Positions 19,079 through 28,293 of a stretch of 64,000 bases of DNA are shown here, piece after piece (positions within the stretch are counted from its first letter, which is position 1; every line of letters begins with the position of its first letter). The notes below the pieces were generated by a model. That model did not search any database. It was not told the origin of the DNA and saw nothing but the letters and a program-made list of their open reading frames with translations. Source of the DNA: a virus; IMG/VR virus record IMGVR_UViG_3300022074_000006, positions 32,001-96,000 of that record, one strand, 5' to 3'. A program made the translations under genes and the position numbers.

Positions 19079-22000
19079 ATGACTGTAAGACCTAATTCAC
19101 AAAGAAAAGCGATGATCACGATTCAGCGTGGTCCTAGAGAAAATGACAATGAGGCATCTGTTACTGTTGATGCGTCTTCTATAGAGACGGCTACGCCTCT
19201 TTCTGAAGCTCAAACCCCGGAGGAAGAAAGGAGGGAAAACAAGAAGAGGGCTCAAATAGTCGGAATGATGGGGCTAGATACAATTGCGTCTTCTGTTGGA
19301 TTTGACAATTTTTTCAACTACTTTACGCTCCGAAGCATAGAGTCCGAGCTTACACAAGAAATACTCGAAACTCAGCTAGAAAACTTTGACTTAAGCGATC
19401 GAGAAGACAAGAGAGTCCTTGCGATGGTGGCAGGTCAACAAAGAGTACATAGAATTTATGGAAATATGATTTTCGGTTATCATGAGGCTCTTAGAAACAT
19501 AACTAAAGGGGTAGATCCATCTGAATCAAATTCAGGTTTCAGGTCGTATTTTCGGTCTGGAGAAGGAGGGTCTCCAAGAATGTCACTATACAGTTTTTAT
19601 CCTTCCGAAGAGGAAAGAGCAGGATCGTCTGATTTAGACTTTCCGGAAGCAGTGGAGAAATACCTAGGAATAGAAGATTTCTATAACGAAAGACCAACAA
19701 TCCAGTATTTAAAATTGTATTCTGACTATTACGCTTCTTTCTTTCCTAGGACCGGCCCAAATTACTTCAGGTACGACAATCGTGCAACAAGGTTTGTTGG
19801 AATGGGTGATAGGTTGTCTGGTTACATCAATGAAAGAGCCAATCAAAGTGCAGAAGGCTTTAAAGATAGACATAATATCGTAGAAATGACAATTCATGAC
19901 GCTGCGATGGTTCCCACCATCAAGTGCAATACGAAAGGAGATCCACTAAGAACTTCTGAAGGAGCTCCTTTTAAAAAGATTAGAGGGTCTCATTCAACAC
20001 CAAAAATGCTGGCAGCGATGATACATGTTATCTCCAGAGATGCAGAAGTCTCTTCTTTTGTTCTAGACACCGAAAAGAAAAGCCGGCTTCAAGTATCTAG
20101 GATCACAAACTCTGTAAGACTAAGAACTGTCATTAAGGACTTAGAAGAGGCTAACAATCACATAGCAGCCTCCGTTGTTGTTCCTAGGCGAGAATATCCG
20201 ATGAGAGATTCTAACGGGAACTTTAGGCAAAAATTTGCCAGAATTCTTTCATATGAAAGAGTGGGAAATGAGAGAATTGCAAGGGGAAGAAGAAATTCTC
20301 CAATGACAATTTCAACAGGTCAAGCTTATGAACTAGTTCAGGGTGGATCTAATTCTTCTATGCTCTTAGAGGACATAAACGAAGATAGAAGAGAAAGAGC
20401 AATCAATTCAATGGCTGCTCTAGTCGACACGGGATTCAAAAACGTCTCAAGCGGTCTAACGTCTCAGATCGGAAATTTCCTAAAAACACTTGACCTCTAT
20501 GTATCCCGAATGGTCAGAGGGCTCGAAAGAATTAACCCGAAGTCTTTTGATGAATATCTTGCTGATGGCGGAGATGGAGGTGGCGAAGGATTCACTTTTA
20601 TGGACGAAACTAGAGCCAAAGCTGCCGGAATATCAAAAGCAGACTATCTAGCAACCCTAAATCCTGAGGGTAGCCCTGCAGCAGATCGAGGGGCATGGCG
20701 AAACGCAAAACATCGAACTGAATCTCTTCTAAGTAGGGCAGGAGGGGGAATTGGCGGCGCCGGCATATCATCAGTAGAAGATGAAGACAAGGAAAGATTA
20801 AGAGAGCTGCTGAACGACTTTTTAAGAGAAATTACTGACTTGCCTGCTCCAGGCAAATATAACGCAGCCTCTTCAGGGGTCATCCACATAGATTCTGAAG
20901 TGACAACCAAGGGGTCTAATTGGAAAAGACAGATCGGACATCAGAGAGTTGCAATGGGCCTTGCATTGGTTCTTGGTGCAATGAAAAAAAGAAACACGAA
21001 GGGGAGCAACAACAAGCCAGAATATTACCATAGACTCTATTCAAGATTTAAGTTCGGTGTCTTTACGAAGTTAACTCAGGACTATGAAGGGCTTTTGTCT
21101 TCTGACCCTAATCTCGCTTATGTTGATCACAATTTATCATCAGGTGCCTCTAGAGATCAGGGGGTTGAAACTTCTCTAAGCAGGGGAGGAAACGCTGAAG
21201 GCTCACCTTTTGTTTTAGGAGGAGTGGACATGGCCTTTCGGCGCCCCTATGTTCCTCGAGGGGGCCTAGGGAAAATTCCTTTTAGGGCATACGGGAATCG
21301 TCTTTCTGCAGACGCCTCTAGAAAAATTAATCACATTTCTGCGGAAGGGCTAGACTTAGATAAAAAGGGAGAATTTTTTGGGTACATAAAGATGCCCAAT
21401 AAGTATGGAGGAAAAATAAGAATCCCTACTAGTGAAAACTCTAGAGTTTTTTACGGAAAGCTGGGAGGCTATACAGGAAATGGAAACATGCTGATAGATG
21501 CATCAGCTTCAGACATTGCTGATCTTGTCAATAGGTGGTACAGCAATGATATCATTTCAATTTGTGAGAGGTCGAGGCGTCACGGAGATCTTGAAGAATA
21601 TTCAGGTGCTAACGGTTCAGAAAACTTTGGAGTCACGCTTGCGGGAGGGCAAGCAGAAGAGTACTATGAGATCGGGTGGGCTCTCATAGGAGACATAGTT
21701 GCAAATAGAATAGTTGGCCTAGATGATGAATACAAAAGAAAAGATGTTATGACAGCGGAAGGTTTGACAAAAGTTGGTGGCGTTGGATTAGATTCTATTC
21801 TCTCTATCTTTTTTGAATTGCTGGGAATGGTTGCAGATGCAATTCCAGTCCACGTTTGCTTTGCAACTGACTTTGTTGGAAATAGTTCAGATTCAAACGA
21901 TACGGTCCACATAGAAGACGTCGACCTAAGAAACGCTGTTAATGAAAAGATTGGAAGCGAGTTCTTTCCTGACTACGATCAGGCCACAAGAGGGAGCTTA

Positions 22001-24223
22001 TTTTTATCAAAGTCCGGAGTTGATCTAAATGAATCAGAATCATCAGAGTCCATAGGTGATGTAGAATCTTTTAACGAACTCTATAGAGAATTAAGAAGAG
22101 CTATTACTCACGAAGATGCTTTGGTAAGAATGACTAGCGGTCTTATGCAAAACGATGGATCTTTTGCGGGACAAAGAGCAATTGTCAATGCGGCCCAAGA
22201 TGCAATTGGAGAATCAAGCACCAACAAAAAAGCATCCACTTGGGTTAACAGAATGATAGAAGACCTAGAAGACAGATTAGACTCTGTGGCATCGGGTCCT
22301 GACGACACCCGCAATTTAGATGTCGCGATAGTCGTGAACAAAAAGCTCACCTTTACAATGAAGGGAAGAAGAGCAAGATCTTTTGAAGGATGTAAGACAC
22401 TAGGGTGGATCGGATCGATAGCAAAATACTTTCAGGACGGTGTTCCTTTTCGCAGTGCCATAAAAAAGTATGTAAATGATCATCCGGATTCAAAAGGTGG
22501 AAATGTATTGTTTGAAGGCTACTCCCCAGACGGCAATATCGAATTAGGTCAAGGGGAACGATTAGACATGGCAATCGACTACTACCAGACTTGTGACAGC
22601 TATTTAGACTCTTTGGGGACTTTGAGAAAAGGATCCATTCAGGATATTTTTAGCTTGGCTTCTCATCTTTATGAAGCTGAGGCTGCTCAAATGATTGCTT
22701 ATCGAGGGATGATGGCATTTAATCATTGTCTCATGAGAGACACATCGGCGACCAATTCTATGATCAAGAAATACACTGGCGCCGCTCATGAATCAGATAT
22801 GATGGCCTCAGTTGCCTTCATGGCTGGCGGACAGTTTGGAGAAAAACACTTAAAAGAGGCATATGAGAACTTTGACTATACATCAAAAGATAGACCTACA
22901 AGAACTGCTGCCAAACTCTCGCCTAAGGGATTTGCAACCCAAAATTTGTCAATGGATCTGAGAACTCTGACCCCTGACGACTATAACCCTTCAGAGCTGC
23001 TTCAGATGTCTTGCACTAGTGAATATTCAGACAAGATAAGAAGAATCGTCCAGATTTACTTTAATTCCCCTAAGTACAAAGTTGATGATACGAGAGAGTC
23101 GATCGTTGTTCTCGGATGTCCGTCTGGAACAGATCAGTCAATCCTTTCGTCATCTGCCAAAAAACCGTTAAAAGTCAACGGAAGGTTCGGAAGATCTGAT
23201 TTTAATGTAAACGCATTTGACAACAGCAATAGTTCAGGGGCTATTCTGAGACACTTTAGGTTGACGGTTGATAGAGACTTTACGGTAGGACCTGATGAAG
23301 AAAATGCTTTTAGTGTAGAAAGAAAATATCTTCACAAGTATTTTCTTCTTCCTGAGTCTTTTGATGAAGTTGATCTAGATGACGCAGCAGGAAACTCTAG
23401 AGGTTTCGTTCGAGGTTTAGCAGAGAATGCTCGATGGTATTACTGTAAGAAAAAAGCGGTTGGAAATGGCATTGATATCGGGGCACCTCTCGCTTATAAA
23501 AGCTTTACATCCATTACGAGAGAATCAGGATCAGGAACCCGATCCGAAAGAAAGCGAGCCCTTGAAGACATGACGGAATCATTTATTTTACAGTGGATGT
23601 TTGCTATGTCAACGGGTGTATATATAGATCAGGACCTCTTGTTCGAAAATGAAAGAAATATCAATTCTATGGATCTCTTGATGCCTGGAACAAATGCCAC
23701 TTCTCTTTCATATTTTACAAGAAAAGAAACTGCAAAGGTTGACGGAGGAGGATACCCTACATTAGGGTTTGATCCGAATGTAACGGAAAATCTCTTTGTA
23801 GAAAGCCCAATTCCGGATGATAGGCCTATCATAGAAAACATCAACCATACGATCTTTGGAACGATATTTGGCACCCCTAGGATGGGCTTGGTGACAGACG
23901 CAGAAGCAAGAAATCTTGTGGTTGACAACTATAGAACAGAGCTAGACCCAGACACAGGGGCTGAGGTTATTGTTCCGATTGTCGCTGATATCAAGCCCTG
24001 GAACATAAGGTTAACTTCTGGCTTAATGAATACTTTTATGCATAGAGGGCCTTTGAATACAAAAACCATGATAAGAAGGCCTATGTTCGACTATCTGATG
24101 TTTATCAGAGTCAAAAAAGATGATATTGATAGAATGGGGATTAAAAAGGTAGATGTTGTGTCCTATAGAGGGACGATCACTAGAGGATCGTCTACAGATT
24201 ACCTAAGTGCAATAGAGGATTAG
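19079..24223 (+). CDS. Hypothetical giant protein (1714 aa), probably virion-associated
   Basis: Long uninterrupted ORF within the structural cluster; no motif recognised. Confidence 0.6.
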   Translation: MTVRPNSQRKAMITIQRGPRENDNEASVTVDASSIETATPLSEAQTPEEERRENKKRAQIVGMMGLDTIASSVGFDNFFNYFTLRSIESELTQEILETQLENFDLSDREDKRVLAMVAGQQRVHRIYGNMIFGYHEALRNITKGVDPSESNSGFRSYFRSGEGGSPRMSLYSFYPSEEERAGSSDLDFPEAVEKYLGIEDFYNERPTIQYLKLYSDYYASFFPRTGPNYFRYDNRATRFVGMGDRLSGYINERANQSAEGFKDRHNIVEMTIHDAAMVPTIKCNTKGDPLRTSEGAPFKKIRGSHSTPKMLAAMIHVISRDAEVSSFVLDTEKKSRLQVSRITNSVRLRTVIKDLEEANNHIAASVVVPRREYPMRDSNGNFRQKFARILSYERVGNERIARGRRNSPMTISTGQAYELVQGGSNSSMLLEDINEDRRERAINSMAALVDTGFKNVSSGLTSQIGNFLKTLDLYVSRMVRGLERINPKSFDEYLADGGDGGGEGFTFMDETRAKAAGISKADYLATLNPEGSPAADRGAWRNAKHRTESLLSRAGGGIGGAGISSVEDEDKERLRELLNDFLREITDLPAPGKYNAASSGVIHIDSEVTTKGSNWKRQIGHQRVAMGLALVLGAMKKRNTKGSNNKPEYYHRLYSRFKFGVFTKLTQDYEGLLSSDPNLAYVDHNLSSGASRDQGVETSLSRGGNAEGSPFVLGGVDMAFRRPYVPRGGLGKIPFRAYGNRLSADASRKINHISAEGLDLDKKGEFFGYIKMPNKYGGKIRIPTSENSRVFYGKLGGYTGNGNMLIDASASDIADLVNRWYSNDIISICERSRRHGDLEEYSGANGSENFGVTLAGGQAEEYYEIGWALIGDIVANRIVGLDDEYKRKDVMTAEGLTKVGGVGLDSILSIFFELLGMVADAIPVHVCFATDFVGNSSDSNDTVHIEDVDLRNAVNEKIGSEFFPDYDQATRGSLFLSKSGVDLNESESSESIGDVESFNELYRELRRAITHEDALVRMTSGLMQNDGSFAGQRAIVNAAQDAIGESSTNKKASTWVNRMIEDLEDRLDSVASGPDDTRNLDVAIVVNKKLTFTMKGRRARSFEGCKTLGWIGSIAKYFQDGVPFRSAIKKYVNDHPDSKGGNVLFEGYSPDGNIELGQGERLDMAIDYYQTCDSYLDSLGTLRKGSIQDIFSLASHLYEAEAAQMIAYRGMMAFNHCLMRDTSATNSMIKKYTGAAHESDMMASVAFMAGGQFGEKHLKEAYENFDYTSKDRPTRTAAKLSPKGFATQNLSMDLRTLTPDDYNPSELLQMSCTSEYSDKIRRIVQIYFNSPKYKVDDTRESIVVLGCPSGTDQSILSSSAKKPLKVNGRFGRSDFNVNAFDNSNSSGAILRHFRLTVDRDFTVGPDEENAFSVERKYLHKYFLLPESFDEVDLDDAAGNSRGFVRGLAENARWYYCKKKAVGNGIDIGAPLAYKSFTSITRESGSGTRSERKRALEDMTESFILQWMFAMSTGVYIDQDLLFENERNINSMDLLMPGTNATSLSYFTRKETAKVDGGGYPTLGFDPNVTENLFVESPIPDDRPIIENINHTIFGTIFGTPRMGLVTDAEARNLVVDNYRTELDPDTGAEVIVPIVADIKPWNIRLTSGLMNTFMHRGPLNTKTMIRRPMFDYLMFIRVKKDDIDRMGIKKVDVVSYRGTITRGSSTDYLSAIED

Positions 24224-24230
24224 ACTAAAA

Positions 24231-26129
24231 ATGCCATACTTGCCGATATCACATAAAATAACTACAGTTTCCGCAGCAAGGCCAGAGATAATTGCAGTCA
24301 GATTCATATACAATAAATTCGAATCTGACGAAGCGATAAACGATATGCCTCTTGATGAAGAAGGAAACCCACTTCAAGCTTTCGAGATGTCAGAACAAGC
24401 TGCTGCTGAGTTTGAAAAAAGAAAGTCATTTTCTCAAGAAAATGCTCGTCTAATAGCAGTAACTTTGAGGTCTAATACTTTTCTAGGTAACACACCTCCA
24501 GAAGAAATAAAAGCTCTTCTTGCTGATAGAGACTTGGAAGATATTATACTCAAAGACATAGACTTAAATTATCCCAATGTTATGGGGACTAGGATCGGTG
24601 ACGGAGAGATAATTGGAAGAATCGCTAAGCTTACAAGGCATCTGCACGCTATAAAGTCAGGAGAAGTAACAGACGATCCTTCGAAGGTTAGAAGCACCCT
24701 AGAAAGTTTGTTTGTAGATGAAACAGGCAACATAGATCATGACAGAATAGAAGCAGTAGACGCGTGTTTCGTTGCTGTAGACCCTATAGCCCCAACACAC
24801 GGAGACGGACATGAAAGAGTAGTCAGGCCTCATGAATCAATGAAGACTGTAAACGTCCTATCAGAGCTTCCAGCTGAAAACCGATTTGTTAAGTCAGCGG
24901 CATATTCAGTTGATCTTAAGCTGTCTTCTAGATATTTCGATGATTGTCTAGGCTACGGAGCCAATTTTTGCTCAACTCCTTTGACTCAATTTGTTTTGAC
25001 AAACTATAGCGATATCAAGCGCCTAGGGAAAAACTCACGCAGAGTGTCTGAATCTTTTGTAGGCGGGTCTGAAGACTCCCTGATTGTTCCTCTTTACTTT
25101 GAGAAGGTGAGAAGGCATGCTGCACCTGAATACGTTAACGCAGGATTAGTTTTGCAAAAATATGAAGCTACCGAAAAAGGACTTCAGCATATTGAAGACT
25201 CCATATACGAGGTCACGAGAGACAATACACAGTTTACTGTTTTTGATCCTAAGATCAAGTATGGAGCAACTTACGCATATACGTCACGTGAGCTTTATCT
25301 TGTAACTGCTACAGTAAATGCAAACGTTCCAGGGATGGGTCCCGGAGTTTATAAGGTAAAGTTTTTAATAGAAGGGTCGCCATCAAAGACTCAGTTTGTC
25401 TCGTGTTTTGAAAAAATAGCACCTCGCCCACCAGAAGCCATATTTGTCAAAAGAGGACTGGGCGCCGAGGGAATTCAATTGCAATGGCAGTTCCCAGTAA
25501 ATCCTCAGCAAGACATTAAAAAGTTTCAAGTTTTTAGAAGAAAAAATATTCAAGAGCCTTTCTACCTGATTAGACAGATAGACTTTAACAATGCCGATCC
25601 TGTTATACCTTCTCCGGAGACAGTTGATCGTTCACTAATAGAGTACGCTGACTATCCTAAAACTTTTTTCATCGATAATGCTTTCACTCGAGATGATAAG
25701 TTTATCTATTCTGTATGCTCTGTTGATGCCCATGGATTTAGTTCAACACTCAGTGCACAGATAGAAGTAAGTATTGACAAAACCCGAAACAAGCTCAGGA
25801 TTAGAACTGTCTCTCCCGCAGGAGCTCCAAAACAGTATCCGAACATGTACGTTTCGTACACAGAATCAGAAAACATCAACCAGATAAGGCTGACTGAAGA
25901 TATCATAAGAACTTCAGGCTATGATGAGGTAGATGTCTTTTTTGAACCTGAAGCAAGAGGAGTCAAGAGAGGGTCAAAAACTTACAATATGTATCATCTG
26001 TCTAAATCACCGAATCCTGAAAATGAACCTAAGTTTGTTCTGCAGTTCATTAATTTAGACAACGGAAAGACACAAAATATAGACATCCTAATTAGAGATG
26101 TTAGAAAAGACAAAAGTCAACCACTTTGA
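24231..26129 (+). CDS. Putative structural protein with fibronectin type III-like domain(s)
   Basis: APRPPE...IQLQWQFP...IKKFQVFRR...FID...FIYSVCSVDAHGFSS is an FN3-like signature (about 25420-25770). Confidence 0.6.
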   Translation: MPYLPISHKITTVSAARPEIIAVRFIYNKFESDEAINDMPLDEEGNPLQAFEMSEQAAAEFEKRKSFSQENARLIAVTLRSNTFLGNTPPEEIKALLADRDLEDIILKDIDLNYPNVMGTRIGDGEIIGRIAKLTRHLHAIKSGEVTDDPSKVRSTLESLFVDETGNIDHDRIEAVDACFVAVDPIAPTHGDGHERVVRPHESMKTVNVLSELPAENRFVKSAAYSVDLKLSSRYFDDCLGYGANFCSTPLTQFVLTNYSDIKRLGKNSRRVSESFVGGSEDSLIVPLYFEKVRRHAAPEYVNAGLVLQKYEATEKGLQHIEDSIYEVTRDNTQFTVFDPKIKYGATYAYTSRELYLVTATVNANVPGMGPGVYKVKFLIEGSPSKTQFVSCFEKIAPRPPEAIFVKRGLGAEGIQLQWQFPVNPQQDIKKFQVFRRKNIQEPFYLIRQIDFNNADPVIPSPETVDRSLIEYADYPKTFFIDNAFTRDDKFIYSVCSVDAHGFSSTLSAQIEVSIDKTRNKLRIRTVSPAGAPKQYPNMYVSYTESENINQIRLTEDIIRTSGYDEVDVFFEPEARGVKRGSKTYNMYHLSKSPNPENEPKFVLQFINLDNGKTQNIDILIRDVRKDKSQPL

Positions 26130-26168
26130 CTGAAGTACAAATAATTTACGCTATCTTTAGCCGTATGT

Positions 26169-26175
26169 ATATTTA
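26169..26175 (+). promoter_or_regulatory. Putative late promoter motif ATATTTA
   Basis: Intergenic, 27 nt upstream of the ATG at 26203. Confidence 0.55.
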
Positions 26176-26202
26176 ACATGGAGAACTGGAGAGAAACTTA
26201 AT

Positions 26203-26913
26203 ATGGGATTCCTGGATCATTCTACAAACAATATAATTTTAGATGCAGTCTTGACCGACGCAGGTCGTAGGCAACTTGCTGCAAACAGAGGCGACTTTCA
26301 AATTGCGTATTTTTCCTTAGCAGACGATGAAGTCGACTACACGCTGATTACAAAGTTCGGAAGAGCAATAGGAAAAGAGAAAATCTCTAAAAACACACCG
26401 ATTTTTGAAGCTCAAACCAACTCGCAAATAGCTTTAAAAAATAGACTGCTTTCTCTTCCGGACCCAACAGTTACAGTGCTTCCTAAGATAACTGCAACTG
26501 TAAATGGCACAGAAGAGGTTTCTCTTTCCAGGCTGACTGCCTCGAGACAGACGGCGACAATCAGACTTGAGCAAACCATAGAGTCGGGCAGACCTATTCC
26601 AGACGGTGCAGTTGACTCTTCTTTCACAGTCATAGTTCCGGATAGATTTGTTAAAATACCAAACGCAGACCCTAATGCTATAGATGAAATAAGCAGAATG
26701 GCAAGTTATGATGTGATCGCTGCCGGATCTCGAAACGCATCTGGAGGAGCTGACACCGGCTTTCAAGTAAGAGTTTCTCCAGGACTAGACGATGAAATGT
26801 TTGACGGGTTTGGGGATCAAGGAAATAAGTCTCAGATCTCTTCGATAATAACTGTGATCGGAAATCAAACCGGTTTTAGAAAAGACGTAGCTGTTAAGAT
26901 TACAAAGACGTGA
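26203..26913 (+). CDS. Putative baseplate/tail-collar-type structural protein
   Basis: LTDAGRRQLA...FQIAYFSLADD N-terminus resembles the N-terminal half of tail-collar fibre domains. GGAG RBS. Confidence 0.6.
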   Translation: MGFLDHSTNNIILDAVLTDAGRRQLAANRGDFQIAYFSLADDEVDYTLITKFGRAIGKEKISKNTPIFEAQTNSQIALKNRLLSLPDPTVTVLPKITATVNGTEEVSLSRLTASRQTATIRLEQTIESGRPIPDGAVDSSFTVIVPDRFVKIPNADPNAIDEISRMASYDVIAAGSRNASGGADTGFQVRVSPGLDDEMFDGFGDQGNKSQISSIITVIGNQTGFRKDVAVKITKT

Positions 26914-26931
26914 TATAGGAGTTAAAGCAAA

Positions 26932-28284
26932 ATGGCAGTGTTGACAGGAGGAAGCTTTAAGAGAGTTTCACCGTCCGATATAGTGACCAGAAAGAGTAAT
27001 TTAAATCAACTGGTCGACGTGATTCAAGAGGACATATCAGGATCTGCAACTCGCAGAAAGTATCAGGTTTTTGTTACAGGTGGCCAAGGCCCAGGGGTTA
27101 CATCTTCATTGTTTCAGACAGTCTACGATCAAGATTTTACACTTCAGACTGCTAATCCAATTTTCGATATGACAGTCGGGCTTAGTAGTTTGTCCCAAGT
27201 TGTAACTTCAAGTAGAACTGCTACAGATGCTGCAACAGGAAAAATGCTGTTTCCGTCTCAGACCCTCATGATGAGAGAAAAGATGGATGTTTACAGACAA
27301 TATGCAAAGACTCTGCTAGGTAATTCTGATACAAAGTTTTTTGCGCCTATTACGACCACAGACGTGTCAGATACTAACGCAGCCGGCGATCCTAATCCAG
27401 ATCGAATCGACGAAGCAATGTTTATTTCTTTTCGTCGGCTTTTTGCAAGAGACAAGATGAAAAAAGAAACTTTTGCAATGCGGTTCTATATGTCTGCATC
27501 TGCCGGTGATGGAAGCTTTAACTTCGCCGGGACCACAGCTGTTAACGATTCTAACAACATCTTGTCAAATCTGGACAGAACGACAATATCAGGATCTGTG
27601 ATTTTGACAGACATAGGAGCGGCAACTAACACAACAACTAGGTTTGGCGGAGAAGTTGCTTCAATTGTTAAAGCGAATGACACATCACAAAGAGTAGGAC
27701 TGGTTTTTTACGATCACGGAACAGTAGTCTTGGACCTTAAGAAAATCACTAGCGCTTCTCAGCATATGTCCGGTGTGATCGATGGAATGAGCGGAGGAAC
27801 TATAGCAGGAACCGTTGGAGCTCTTCCGTCAGGAAAATGCCACCTAGGTAGAAATCTAACAGGTGCAACAGACACCTCTGCAGAAACAAAAGTAAAGATC
27901 GGAAATCCTTTCGCAAAGTTCATACCTGACTTTTTAGCTAGTGGCTCTATTGACAATATCATAGATCACATTGCAGGAACAAGATTTCAGTCAGGCTCTC
28001 TAACTGGGATGACGTTTCAGAACATTACGCGCATCAACTCTACCCTTATATTCTGTAGAGCTACCGCAGATGAGTTTAACTTTTCTACAAATCCTTCATA
28101 TGTAGATGCGTCTGGAAACATTGTCGCTGTAGAGACAGGAACAGATCAGAGAAGCTTTGCTTTTCCGACAACTATTGGACTTCACGATGAAGCAGGTACA
28201 GTCCTTGCAGTTGCAAAGCTTTCTCGACCTGTTGAAAAGAACGACGAAAAGGACATTACCTTCAGAGTAAGGCTCGACTTCTAG
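26932..28284 (+). CDS. Putative baseplate structural protein
   Basis: AGGAG RBS. C-terminus TTIGLHDEAGTVLAVAKLSRPVEK...FRVRLDF is paralogous to the C-terminus of 28294..32769. Confidence 0.65.
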   Translation: MAVLTGGSFKRVSPSDIVTRKSNLNQLVDVIQEDISGSATRRKYQVFVTGGQGPGVTSSLFQTVYDQDFTLQTANPIFDMTVGLSSLSQVVTSSRTATDAATGKMLFPSQTLMMREKMDVYRQYAKTLLGNSDTKFFAPITTTDVSDTNAAGDPNPDRIDEAMFISFRRLFARDKMKKETFAMRFYMSASAGDGSFNFAGTTAVNDSNNILSNLDRTTISGSVILTDIGAATNTTTRFGGEVASIVKANDTSQRVGLVFYDHGTVVLDLKKITSASQHMSGVIDGMSGGTIAGTVGALPSGKCHLGRNLTGATDTSAETKVKIGNPFAKFIPDFLASGSIDNIIDHIAGTRFQSGSLTGMTFQNITRINSTLIFCRATADEFNFSTNPSYVDASGNIVAVETGTDQRSFAFPTTIGLHDEAGTVLAVAKLSRPVEKNDEKDITFRVRLDF

Positions 28285-28293
28285 GAGGGCTTG

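Noticed and set aside
19066-19094. Perfect TTGACA (-35) between the 958-aa and 1714-aa genes
   Set aside because: At 17-nt spacing the -10 would be TAAGAC, inside the next gene; poor match and wrong position.
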